From a virus (lineage: Duplodnaviria > Caudoviricetes): a DNA stretch of 34,986 nucleotides. Of this stretch, positions 1 to 9,698 are shown piece after piece. The first letter of the stretch is position 1, and each line of letters starts with the position of its first letter. Under the pieces are notes generated by a model. It was not told where the DNA came from. It made no database searches and saw nothing but the letters and a program-made list of their open reading frames with translations. Made by a program: the position numbers and the translations under genes. The stretch is from positions 1 through 34,986 of the IMG/VR virus record IMGVR_UViG_3300012953_000091; one strand, 5' to 3'.

Positions 1-1896
1 AGTTACTGTTCCACCGCCACCGCCAGATACTGTAGCAAAACTTAATGTACCACTACCATCTGTTTGTAATACTTGCCCTGAAGTACCATCTGATGTTGGT
101 AATGTATAAGCACTATTTACATTTATTGTTCCAGTAGTAACAACACCAGCTGAATTACTAGATAATTTAGCGCTACCTTGATATAAAAGAGTTGTGCCAA
201 AGGCTGTTGCCTGAAGTGCATCGTAATAAGTACCACCAGTTTCTGCTTGTAATTTAATACCAAGACCGTCAGATCTTATTAATAATTCTCCAGTACCTAC
301 TTCGTCTACATATGAATCTGAACCATTATGATATATTTGTAAATCTTGACTATTACCAAATCGTGCCGCATTATTATCAGGAATATTTATATCCGTAAAT
401 TGAGAAACAGCAGAAGCTACGACACCACCCGTGACTGATATACCTGAGTTAGTTGTTTCTAATTTTTTAGCATTATTATGATAAAAATCTTGTGAACCAC
501 CAGAATTAAATACTGCAGATGTTTTACTTAACGTTGCATTTCCAACAGTAAATGTTCCTGATAATACTTGTACATGACCAGTACCATTATCTTGTATAAT
601 ACTATTATTACCATTGTGAAATATTTTTAAATCATCACCATCACCAAGTCTTAAATCTTGGTTATCGGGTAATCTTATACCATGTGAGAAATAGAATCTA
701 TCATTAGTTCCGTTCCATAATATAGTAGCATCTGTTGTGCTGTTGACAGCATCTTGTATGGTAATACCAGCTCCATCAGCTGTAGAGCTTGAATCACCTG
801 CGGAATAATTAACTGTTAGATTTTTATCTTCAATATCTAATGTGGTTGTTTTAATAGTAGTGGTTGTACCATTAACAGTTAAGTTACCACCAACTGTCAC
901 TGCGCCTGAAACTGCTAAACTTGTTAAAGTTCCAACCGAGGTAATATTTGGTTGTGCTGCAGTTTGTAATGTACCAGTTATATTATTAAATGTTACGTTA
1001 TCTGAAGTACCAACTGCTTGGCCAATACTTATTTGACCACTTGAAACTGTTACACCTGTACCGCCAGAAATATGTGCTTGTACTTCACTTGCACTTGGAC
1101 CAGTGTATGTAAACACACCTGATGTATTATTATATGCTAATGATCCATCACCACCAGCATCTGTAACTGATATTAAAGCTCTTATAGTAGCAGTACTTCT
1201 TTCTGAAAATGATATAACACCAGTTGAACTATTATAAGATAAATCTCCACTTACACTAATTGCGCTTCTTGCTCGAGCATTAGTAAAATATAAATTAGTT
1301 GAACCTTCAGTTAAATCATCAGTATCAAATCCAGTAAAGTTTCTAGTATTAAAACTAACTCTACCACCCATATATCCATGAGCTGTACACTGATAACTTA
1401 AACCACTTGGTGTATTATCTCCAACAACAATTGTTGTATGAGCACCGGAACTTCCTGGAGTACCGCTACTTGTTACATTAGTTGTATAAGCGGTAGTTTT
1501 TGTAGATTCATAATAGAATCTTAATGGATGACCGGAGTTAGAACTATTAGATTGGTCAAATTTATATGTATTACCAGGTACTAATTGAAAATGTGGTGAT
1601 TCAATACCATTAATATAATATGCTAGCGAAGATCCATTTCCGTGGTCTATATGATTAGTTGATTTTGAAGCTACAGTTACTGTAAGTTCTGTAGTAACAG
1701 CTTTACGAATTTTAAAATAAGAATCAGTAGCAGATCCAACTTGAATAACGCTATCTAAACTACCTTCAGTAGTTTTAGTGTATAACTTACCGTCATACGT
1801 GTTTAACGCTAGTTCACCTAGATCTAAATTGCTTGTTGTTGGTATAGCACCGGCCGTTGCCGAACGCCTCAACTTAATGTTCGTCTGTCGTGCCAA
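1..1896 (-). CDS. Tail fibre protein, 3'-truncated by the window edge; gp37-like N-terminus and a cupredoxin-like domain
   Basis: Missing from the ORF track; translated by hand. TTG start at 1896, with AGGAG 6 nt upstream, gives MARQTNIKLRRSATAGAIPTTSNLDLGELALNTYDGKLY, resembling the T4 gp37 N-terminus. The frame stays open to position 1 (632 codons). G/T/S/N-rich, with two D-L-x-I-x-H-N-G repeats. Confidence 0.85.
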   Translation of the reverse strand, partial: MARQTNIKLRRSATAGAIPTTSNLDLGELALNTYDGKLYTKTTEGSLDSVIQVGSATDSYFKIRKAVTTELTVTVASKSTNHIDHGNGSSLAYYINGIESPHFQLVPGNTYKFDQSNSSNSGHPLRFYYESTKTTAYTTNVTSSGTPGSSGAHTTIVVGDNTPSGLSYQCTAHGYMGGRVSFNTRNFTGFDTDDLTEGSTNLYFTNARARSAISVSGDLSYNSSTGVISFSERSTATIRALISVTDAGGDGSLAYNNTSGVFTYTGPSASEVQAHISGGTGVTVSSGQISIGQAVGTSDNVTFNNITGTLQTAAQPNITSVGTLTSLAVSGAVTVGGNLTVNGTTTTIKTTTLDIEDKNLTVNYSAGDSSSTADGAGITIQDAVNSTTDATILWNGTNDRFYFSHGIRLPDNQDLRLGDGDDLKIFHNGNNSIIQDNGTGHVQVLSGTFTVGNATLSKTSAVFNSGGSQDFYHNNAKKLETTNSGISVTGGVVASAVSQFTDINIPDNNAARFGNSQDLQIYHNGSDSYVDEVGTGELLIRSDGLGIKLQAETGGTYYDALQATAFGTTLLYQGSAKLSSNSAGVVTTGTINVNSAYTLPTSDGTSGQVLQTDGSGTLSFATVSGGGGGTVT

Positions 1897-1966
1897 TTTT
1901 GGCTCCTATGTTCAATCCCTATATAGGGCTTTTAATTTTAAAATCAGTATTTACTGATCACTAATA

Positions 1967-1974
1967 TATTTATA
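1967..1974 (-). promoter_or_regulatory. T4-type late promoter (TATAAATA)
   Basis: Exact TATAAATA on the minus strand, in the intergenic region upstream of the TTG-started fibre gene. Confidence 0.75.
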
Positions 1975-3489
1975 TTAGTAAGTACCGCCATCAATAATAT
2001 CAGAAGCTACAGGAACACCAGAACTGTTAAATTGTAACATTGCACCGGTTGTTGAACTTGTTATAAAGTTCATTGCTGTACCACCGGCATTTGAAATCAT
2101 AATAGCATCGCCAGAGAAACTTCTTAATCCAGTACCACCTTGGTTAACTCTAAGACCTGTTCCATCTGAAAGTGTTACAGCTCCAGTAATTGTTGCTGCA
2201 CCAGTTACACTTAATATATCATCAATAGTAGTTGTACCACCAGCTGAATCAATAGTTAAGTTACCTGAAGAAGTATCAATTTCATTAGCACCAGTAACTG
2301 CTATTCTAATATTATCTAATGTTGCACCAGTACCATAAATATCACCAATATTTAAATCACCCCAAGGCGATGAAGCATTATCTCCACCACTTAAATCTTC
2401 ATCTGGGGTAAATGAGAATCTTTGTGTCTGAATATCAAATCCAAAGAATCCATCTTTTACTGCTGAACCATTATGCCATTTAAATCTTACCCCTCTGTCT
2501 AGACCATCAGCAGAAGAAGTATCTTTTGCCAATTCTATCATTGGGTCAGTTAATGTTGTTTGTGTTGAATTAACTGATGTTGTAGTACCATTAACTGTTA
2601 GGTTTCCACCAACAGTCATATTACCAGTTGTTTGTACAGTATCTCCTGAAGCATTACCTAAAGTAACGTTTCCATTTACTTGTAATGTTCCACCAACAAC
2701 TGTATTACCAGTAGCATGTGCAACCTGGAAGTTTGATCCACCAACTTGTAATGTTGTACCATCAAAAGTAAAGTTGGCATCATCTTCTAATTCACCATCA
2801 GATCCAGCTATAACAATTCTATTATTGGTTAAATCTTCAACATTTAATGAAGCAATTTCTGCTTGACCAGTAACATCAAAGTTATTACCAACACTTAAAT
2901 TATTAGATATTGTTACATCATTTGGTAATCCAACTGTTACTGTATTTCCTGAAGCAGCTGTTTCAACTTCGTTTGCAGTACCAGCAATTGTTAGAGTTTC
3001 TTCTGCTGTTGCAGCACCCGTAAATACATCAATTGCAATTGTACCAGAATCACCAGCAACCGATAGGTCAATGGTATCTATAAATTCTTTAACACCTTGT
3101 GCTGTAATAAGTTGAGCATCAGTTGGAGATCCTGGCATTGATGTAACAATACTTGTTACTACCTGTCCTGATCCACCGCTTGCCTCTAATGCTAAAGATC
3201 CAATATTAATTTGATCAATGTGTTTATTGCCGTCTACAATGACAGCACTATTATTGGTTACAGTACCATGAACATGATCAAGTAATTGAGTAAAATACTT
3301 ACCACCAATAAGATCGACTGAAGCAGCAACACCACCCGTTTCTGTTCCAGTACCGACATATAATCTATCACCGTTATTGGCTTGTGTACCAGTTACATAC
3401 GAATATGCTAACTCACCGGTTTTGATATTAGTTGGGGCAGTGGTGGTAGAACCCGTGGTTAATATCTTTATTCTTGTTAATTTTGACAT
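1975..3489 (-). CDS. Tail fibre-related structural protein
   Basis: 504 aa. Fibre-type N-terminus (RIKI...GELAYS...DRLYVG), G/T-rich beta repeats, a GGNLTVNGTTT module, and a C-terminal IDGGTY. Confidence 0.75.
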   Translation of the reverse strand: MSKLTRIKILTTGSTTTAPTNIKTGELAYSYVTGTQANNGDRLYVGTGTETGGVAASVDLIGGKYFTQLLDHVHGTVTNNSAVIVDGNKHIDQINIGSLALEASGGSGQVVTSIVTSMPGSPTDAQLITAQGVKEFIDTIDLSVAGDSGTIAIDVFTGAATAEETLTIAGTANEVETAASGNTVTVGLPNDVTISNNLSVGNNFDVTGQAEIASLNVEDLTNNRIVIAGSDGELEDDANFTFDGTTLQVGGSNFQVAHATGNTVVGGTLQVNGNVTLGNASGDTVQTTGNMTVGGNLTVNGTTTSVNSTQTTLTDPMIELAKDTSSADGLDRGVRFKWHNGSAVKDGFFGFDIQTQRFSFTPDEDLSGGDNASSPWGDLNIGDIYGTGATLDNIRIAVTGANEIDTSSGNLTIDSAGGTTTIDDILSVTGAATITGAVTLSDGTGLRVNQGGTGLRSFSGDAIMISNAGGTAMNFITSSTTGAMLQFNSSGVPVASDIIDGGTY

Positions 3490-3490
3490 A

Positions 3491-3712
3491 CTAGTATGTT
3501 CCTCCGCTTATACTTAAATTTTCGTTGTCTATTTGTGTAGACATTTTATATTTTCCTGAAGTACCATCGAAAATCATCATGGCACCATCGGTTTGTCCTG
3601 TAGTATCAACATCAGCAATATCTGACATTGATATATTAAACTGGCCAATTGCTAACTTTTTAGCGACTACTTGGCTTTGATTTGTATTAACTCTAGCTTT
3701 AATAGTCGGCAT
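3491..3712 (-). CDS. Small virion structural or fibre-accessory protein
   Basis: 73 aa, tightly packed between neighbours. Contains a fibre-type repeat (SDIADVD...DGAMMIFDG..GKY) and ends in ISGGTY. Confidence 0.7.
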   Translation of the reverse strand: MPTIKARVNTNQSQVVAKKLAIGQFNISMSDIADVDTTGQTDGAMMIFDGTSGKYKMSTQIDNENLSISGGTY

Positions 3713-3713
3713 G

Positions 3714-4046
3714 TTATCTAGTAACTCCCGGTGTAATTTCTACTTGTCCTTCAACTACTCTCGTTATGATTCCACTGGAATCAGTTATTTCAACATCATA
3801 CACATATCTTCCAGCTTCTAAGGCTCCCGTTTGAGTAGCAGTTAAAGATATTTGTAATCTTCCTGTTGTAGCATTAGCTACAATAGCTGTAAAGGCTGTA
3901 CTAGTAGATGAACTATATGTTTTTCTTAATTGAGCTGCCGCACTATATCCTGCTAGATTTAATGTATTACCATCAGAGGCTGTACAATCTATATTTGCAG
4001 TAAATGTTGTACCTTGGTCAATTGTCAAATTCGATATAATTGCCAC
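3714..4046 (-). CDS. Conserved phage structural protein (beta-sandwich adaptor type)
   Basis: 110 aa with a GTG start and AAGGAAG upstream. Motifs NLTIDQG and GRYVYDVEI...RVVEG....PGVT recur in fibre regions of T4-like aquatic phages. Confidence 0.7.
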   Translation of the reverse strand: MAIISNLTIDQGTTFTANIDCTASDGNTLNLAGYSAAAQLRKTYSSSTSTAFTAIVANATTGRLQISLTATQTGALEAGRYVYDVEITDSSGIITRVVEGQVEITPGVTR

Positions 4047-4061
4047 TACTTCACTTCCTTA

Positions 4062-7000
4062 TTAACTATTTATACTTTTGAGACTTTCTATCTCAGCTTT
4101 CATTTCTTTATTTTGATCTTTTAATTCTTTTATTGCTTCAATCAATAATGGAACCAGTTTTTCATATTGTACTGTTTTATAATCTTCACTATTTTCAACC
4201 AATGCTGGAGCGTCTTTAACAGCTTCTGGTAAAATGGTTTCAACTTCTTGAGCACTTACACCAACTTTTAATTCATCAGTATCGATACCTAATTCTATAG
4301 CTTTAGCATTAGGTCTAAACATAAATCCATTTAATTGACTTACTTTATCTAATGCATTTTCAATATTATTAATTCTATCTTTTAGTCTATCATCAGAGTA
4401 ATATGCTATAATATCTCCACTTGATCTAACTTCAGCAAACGTAACTGTATCAGAAGTTCTTACATACTGATTCATATTATTAGAATATGTATTACCAGCA
4501 AAAGTAGTATAACCTGCACCATTTGTCAACTGATTATTATTAGTTGGTATAGTAGGTGTACCCGTTAGATTACCATAAGCATATCCAGTAGAACTTGCTA
4601 AATTAGCATTAAGGTTAGTAACATAAAGTCTATTAGCGCTTGGATTATAATAGAAATTAGCAACGCTATCTTTATATAACGATTTAGAGCCAGCACTATC
4701 ATCTGGATTTGTAAACACCATTCTATAATTCAAAGCAGAACCTGAAGTATTCATTTGAACAGTACTTGCTACTGTTGCAGTACCACTAAGTGAAGCAGAT
4801 ATTGTACCAGCACTAAAGTTGCCAGAGCTATCTCTTGAAACAATCTGATTTGCAGTATTATTTGACGTATGAGTTGTTGTAGCTGAGTTAGCCTGACTAG
4901 TAATTGAACCAGCTGTTGTAGCTGAACTAGCACTTGTTGCTGAAGTAGCAGTAGATGCATTACCAGTTAAAGTACCTTTAAATTTAAAGTTAACATCACC
5001 AAGTGTATTAGTACTTGGATTATACATCATACCAGGATCAAATTTTAATCCTTTATTAGCTGATGAATTAGTAGATACAAATGTAACATAGTGTGTAGCG
5101 TTTGTACCAGCTGTTTGTGTAGTATATACGTTAGCAGCATTAGTAGCATTTGTTGCAGTACCAGTGGTATTTTGATTACCTGCAGTATTTACACCGGGTA
5201 GATTAATATTTGCACTACCATTAAACGATACACCACCAATAGTTCTTGCTGTCTGTAAGGTTGTAGCTGTAGTTGCATTACCCGATAAAGCTCCAGCAAA
5301 CGTAGTAGTTGTTAATGTATTGCTACTTGGATTATAATATATGTTAGCTGCTGTATCTTTATATAAAGTTTCATAGCCGTTATGACCATCATTTGTTTCA
5401 CCAAATATTAATCTATAACTAGCACTATTTGATGCTCCATTTACATAAACTTGAGTAGATGTATCTGCATTACCAGTTACATTTCCTACAAAATTACCTG
5501 AAGGAGCAATGTATGAAAGATCAACATTATTTTTTCTAAACTGTACTAGTCGAGAATTTGAATTTGATCCACCAACTATATACCATCTTTGAGAATGATA
5601 CTGTATTTTACCATCAGTGCCCGGATCACCATCCCAGTTGGAAGCACTTGGTTGTCTAATAGATTGAGCACTTGCTAATCTTAAATTACCATGAAAATCT
5701 GTAGAATAAAGATCTGTTATTCCAGAAAGAACGTTCGTACTTGGATTATAACGTAAATGAGCATTGTCTGTATCAATAGCAATATTTTGATTTTGGCCTG
5801 TACCATTTTCTGTGACAAACAATAATTGATAATTTGCACTATTATTAAATTCACTAATTCTTGGATGATCTGCATTATCTGCAAAAGCAACGTTAAGACT
5901 ACTTGCAGCAAATCCTCTTATATAATTATCTGAGCCATTACCACCTAATACTACTGGTGGACTTGATGCTGTTCCACTAGTAGGAACTGATCCCGTTAGA
6001 TTTGCAAATCTACCAAATATGTCGCCGCTTGCATCTCTTCTAACTACCTTATTTACAGTTGATGTTGTTGAGGTTTCTGCTTCTTGTACATATCTATCAT
6101 CAAAGTCATCACCTGTGAGTGCAGTTATGTGACCGTGTTTATCGATAGTTATTGATTTGATATATTGACCATCTTCAGTTGAAGGCTGGCCAGTAGTTCC
6201 AGCTCCAGGCCCAATATCATTGTGATCAATTTTTACTCTATTACGATTGGGCGAGGTTGCAGTATCATAGTTAACACTAATTGCATCGTCACCAAAGAAG
6301 TCGACTCTTTCGTCATCCGCTATGTTTCCTCTATCTGTACCATCTGTACTAAGGAACCATCCAGAATAACCAGACAAAGTATTAGTAATTGTAACTTCAA
6401 AGTCATCACCATTTACAGTTGATGCTAAACCTATTCCGGTTCCAGCCTTGATGTCCAGAGTTTTAGAACCACTTAAATTACCTACATCAGTTCCATTAAC
6501 TTCCAATCCTGGAGATGATAATGTTGCTTCTGATAAAAGTGGAGACCCATCCATTTCCCATCTGTCTTTAGATGGATGGAAGTTATAAACTATTGAGTGT
6601 GAACCTGTTACATTTGAAGCTGCATTTGAATGAGTACCTACTCCAGTAAAGTTTCTTGTTTCTAATCCAAATCCACCTGTTGTTGGCGCGGTATTAGAAT
6701 TACCCATTAGAATTAATGTATCTTCTACTTCCAAAGTAGTAGTACTTAATATAGTATTTTGTCCATTAACAGTTAAATCACCGGTAATTGTTAAATTACC
6801 TGGTATTGAAACAGTGTCACTAGATGCATTACCTAGTGTAGTATTACCATTAACAGATAAATTACCGGGTATAGCAATAGTAGTACTTGCAGCACCCATT
6901 GTAAGAGTATTCGCTCCAACAGTATCAAATATTGTTTTATTTCCTACTGTTAAATCTATATCTGTTAAACCCGTAAGAGTAGTATCTGTTCCGCCTAGAG

Positions 7001-9479
7001 CAATTGTACTATCACCAATTGTAAGACTATCATTTAGTATCATACTATTTTCTACCGCATTAGCTGCGATTGTTAATGCAATACTTAAATTACCTAAATT
7101 TGTAAGTGTTCCAGAACCTGTAACATCTCCGGTGTATGTTAAAGTTGGATCATTAACATTAAAGTCAAAGTTTTGATTTGTTGAATCCCAATCAACTGCA
7201 ATACCAGATTCTGAGTTGTTTGCTATTAAATCTTTTGCATTATAAAATGTTACAATATCTGCTGTATTTGAACTAGTTCCTGCGTCGTTAAGACCAACTA
7301 ATTGCCAAGCTCTTTCTGCTTGACCAGCACCTACCTGTGATTCTTTCCATTGTACTGCTGGATAAGGAGTTGGTGAACCACCAATGTGAGCTCTATCAAT
7401 TCTCATACCCATACCACTTGATGTTTGATTACCATCAACATTAAGGAATGATACTGAGAATGTGTTTACACCTGAAGCATTACCTGGTAATAGTAAAGTT
7501 CCAGCTGATAAATCCATTGTTGAATCTTCATGTATTGTAAAACTTCTTGCATTAGAACTATCACCAAAAGTAACATTTTGTAAAAGAGTTTGACCCGAAC
7601 CAGTTAGTCTTAATCGATCAGCAATATCCGTATCATTAGAATTTATTTCACCATGAAGTTCGTTAATAGCACCTACTAGATCACCTGAAGAAGTACCTAG
7701 TGTATAGTTAGCAGTTGTTCCTCTTATTGCTGTTTCTAATTCATTAATTGAGTCAACAATAGAAGTTTTATCATCTGTTCCTAAACTTGCAAGTGTACGC
7801 TTCGTTCCACCTTCTACATTAAATAAATCTGATTCTAATTCATTAATAGCTCCAGATAAAGTAGTAGCTGATACATTAAGAGCAGCTGCACCTTGTTTTA
7901 GATCCAATTCATTAATTGCTAAAACAACTTTAGTGGCTGATGTAGTTAAATTATCTACATTACCTACATCACCTTGTAATTCTACAATACCATCAGATGC
8001 ATTTGTTGCGCTATAACCAGCAGCATCATCAATAGTACTATGATCGCCAAGTTCTGTTCTTAATTCTCTGATTGCTGCTGAAATATCTGATGCAGCCAAT
8101 CCAGTAAAAGTCATGTTACCTATATCAGCTTCATGTTCTCTAATAGCATCTCTTACATTTTGAGCACTAGTAGTTAATGCATAGTCAGAATTGGTATCTC
8201 TTAATACTGTTTCAATTTCATTAATAGCAGCAACTAAATCATTTGCATTTGTACCAATTGTATAATTACCTGCACTTCCTCTTACAGCAGTTTCTAATTC
8301 ATTGATTGCACCAACCGCATCAGTAGTATATGTTGTACCAAGAGAAGCGTGATTACCAAGTTCTATTCTTAATTCTCTAATTGCAGAAGAGATATCAGTT
8401 GCACTTAATCCAGTAAATGTCATATTACCGATATCGGTTTCGTGTTCTCTTATGGCATCTCTAAAGTTCTGAGCACCAGTTGATAAAGAATAGTCTGAAT
8501 TACTCCCTCTTGCTGCAGTTTCTAATTCATTAATAGAAGATACAATATCTGATTTATCTGTTGTGCCTAAACTTGTAATTTCACCAATATCATCTTGTAC
8601 TTCAACAATAGCATCTATAGCATTTGTTGAAGTAATTTTAATAAGATCACTAGTCGGTATAGTATGAAGTTCAATAAAATTACCAATAGTATTATTTGGA
8701 GTTGATTGAGATGATATTGCAGATGCTACTATTCTATTTGAAGCATCACTATGAGGAATACCAGCATTTTGTGTAAGACTAAATGATCCAGTAAAAGATT
8801 TAAATAAAAGTTCTGAAGATGTTGCTTTATATAAAGTACCAGAAAAACCACCCGATTGAGTAACTGTTGCTCCTTCAGTAAATGAAGCCGGAATACTTGG
8901 CGAACCAGATAATACTACTCTTAAAGATACATTAGGAACATGAAATCCCGCTTGCACTAATGATTGTGTTGTAATTGTACCGTTATTAGTAACCTTAACA
9001 TATCCAGGAGTATATGTTTCTGAAACAAGCCTTACTAACTTATTAGCTGCAATTGAATCAGTTGAAAATTTAATTGGTACTGCAGGATTAAATGTTCCAC
9101 TAGTATTTCTTAAAGAGATTTTATTAATATTAATATAATTAATTGTACCTTGAAAAGTTTCAGATCCAGACGTACCTTGATATAGTAAAACATTAGATAC
9201 AAATGAAGATGGAATAGTAGGAGAACCAGTCATGATAATAGTTGCTATAGCATCTATTGATTCTTCTGGTCTTAATTCAAATCTTAAATTTTTACCAGCA
9301 TCATCATTCTCATAAACACCAAATACACTTGCACTTGTGTTATTATATGAATATACTTTATCAGTTAATCTAGAATCTAATTGATCAACATCACCTAGGT
9401 GGTGAGATACTGCATTAGTTTTTTGTCTCCAATCTTCTAGAGTATTTGTCTTTAAAACTTTTGATTCGTTATTTGCCAT
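4062..9479 (-). CDS. Long tail fibre with C-terminal peptidase S74 intramolecular chaperone
   Basis: 1805 aa. C-terminal SDDRLK...ALDKV..LNG...VGVSAQEVE.ILPEAV...V.YEKLVPLLIEAIKEL is the S74 auto-cleaving chaperone signature. AINELE coiled-coil repeats near the N-terminus and four YNPS-containing modules. Confidence 0.9.
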   Translation of the reverse strand: MANNESKVLKTNTLEDWRQKTNAVSHHLGDVDQLDSRLTDKVYSYNNTSASVFGVYENDDAGKNLRFELRPEESIDAIATIIMTGSPTIPSSFVSNVLLYQGTSGSETFQGTINYININKISLRNTSGTFNPAVPIKFSTDSIAANKLVRLVSETYTPGYVKVTNNGTITTQSLVQAGFHVPNVSLRVVLSGSPSIPASFTEGATVTQSGGFSGTLYKATSSELLFKSFTGSFSLTQNAGIPHSDASNRIVASAISSQSTPNNTIGNFIELHTIPTSDLIKITSTNAIDAIVEVQDDIGEITSLGTTDKSDIVSSINELETAARGSNSDYSLSTGAQNFRDAIREHETDIGNMTFTGLSATDISSAIRELRIELGNHASLGTTYTTDAVGAINELETAVRGSAGNYTIGTNANDLVAAINEIETVLRDTNSDYALTTSAQNVRDAIREHEADIGNMTFTGLAASDISAAIRELRTELGDHSTIDDAAGYSATNASDGIVELQGDVGNVDNLTTSATKVVLAINELDLKQGAAALNVSATTLSGAINELESDLFNVEGGTKRTLASLGTDDKTSIVDSINELETAIRGTTANYTLGTSSGDLVGAINELHGEINSNDTDIADRLRLTGSGQTLLQNVTFGDSSNARSFTIHEDSTMDLSAGTLLLPGNASGVNTFSVSFLNVDGNQTSSGMGMRIDRAHIGGSPTPYPAVQWKESQVGAGQAERAWQLVGLNDAGTSSNTADIVTFYNAKDLIANNSESGIAVDWDSTNQNFDFNVNDPTLTYTGDVTGSGTLTNLGNLSIALTIAANAVENSMILNDSLTIGDSTIALGGTDTTLTGLTDIDLTVGNKTIFDTVGANTLTMGAASTTIAIPGNLSVNGNTTLGNASSDTVSIPGNLTITGDLTVNGQNTILSTTTLEVEDTLILMGNSNTAPTTGGFGLETRNFTGVGTHSNAASNVTGSHSIVYNFHPSKDRWEMDGSPLLSEATLSSPGLEVNGTDVGNLSGSKTLDIKAGTGIGLASTVNGDDFEVTITNTLSGYSGWFLSTDGTDRGNIADDERVDFFGDDAISVNYDTATSPNRNRVKIDHNDIGPGAGTTGQPSTEDGQYIKSITIDKHGHITALTGDDFDDRYVQEAETSTTSTVNKVVRRDASGDIFGRFANLTGSVPTSGTASSPPVVLGGNGSDNYIRGFAASSLNVAFADNADHPRISEFNNSANYQLLFVTENGTGQNQNIAIDTDNAHLRYNPSTNVLSGITDLYSTDFHGNLRLASAQSIRQPSASNWDGDPGTDGKIQYHSQRWYIVGGSNSNSRLVQFRKNNVDLSYIAPSGNFVGNVTGNADTSTQVYVNGASNSASYRLIFGETNDGHNGYETLYKDTAANIYYNPSSNTLTTTTFAGALSGNATTATTLQTARTIGGVSFNGSANINLPGVNTAGNQNTTGTATNATNAANVYTTQTAGTNATHYVTFVSTNSSANKGLKFDPGMMYNPSTNTLGDVNFKFKGTLTGNASTATSATSASSATTAGSITSQANSATTTHTSNNTANQIVSRDSSGNFSAGTISASLSGTATVASTVQMNTSGSALNYRMVFTNPDDSAGSKSLYKDSVANFYYNPSANRLYVTNLNANLASSTGYAYGNLTGTPTIPTNNNQLTNGAGYTTFAGNTYSNNMNQYVRTSDTVTFAEVRSSGDIIAYYSDDRLKDRINNIENALDKVSQLNGFMFRPNAKAIELGIDTDELKVGVSAQEVETILPEAVKDAPALVENSEDYKTVQYEKLVPLLIEAIKELKDQNKEMKAEIESLKSINS
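4067..4074 (-). promoter_or_regulatory. T4-type late promoter (TATAAATA)
   Basis: Exact motif in the last codons of the 1805-aa gene, about 20 nt upstream of the 110-aa gene start. Confidence 0.7.
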
Positions 9480-9697
9480 TATTTATCTACCAACTTTTTA
9501 ACTAATTTTGTGAGTTCAACAATGTCCTTTTTCATATCTTCGATATCTTTAGATTGTTGTTCATCTAATTTTCTTTTTTCTAATTGAGCTAGCCTAGCTT
9601 CATAAGCACCGTTATTAGTATTTATAACCGCTCCACTACTTAAATCTTTAACTAGATCTGGATTATCTTCTATTTTTAATTTTTTCTTATTCGCCAT
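9479..9697 (-). CDS. Small coiled-coil hypothetical protein
   Basis: 72 aa, coupled to both neighbours. LVKD..SGAVIN motif followed by a heptad-rich tail. Confidence 0.7.
   Translation of the reverse strand: MANKKKLKIEDNPDLVKDLSSGAVINTNNGAYEARLAQLEKRKLDEQQSKDIEDMKKDIVELTKLVKKLVDK
9619..9626 (-). promoter_or_regulatory. T4-type late promoter (TATAAATA)
   Basis: Exact motif inside the 72-aa gene, about 140 nt upstream of the long fibre gene. Confidence 0.6.
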
Positions 9698-9698
9698 A

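Noticed and set aside
4769-5911. Alternate-frame minus-strand ORFs 4769-4960 and 5717-5911
   Set aside because: Nested out of frame in the fibre gene; L/Q-rich artefacts with no SD
1-9479. Diversity-generating retroelement or invertase-driven fibre switching
   Set aside because: No reverse transcriptase or recombinase in the window, and no near-identical template/variable repeat pair or long inverted repeats seen by eye
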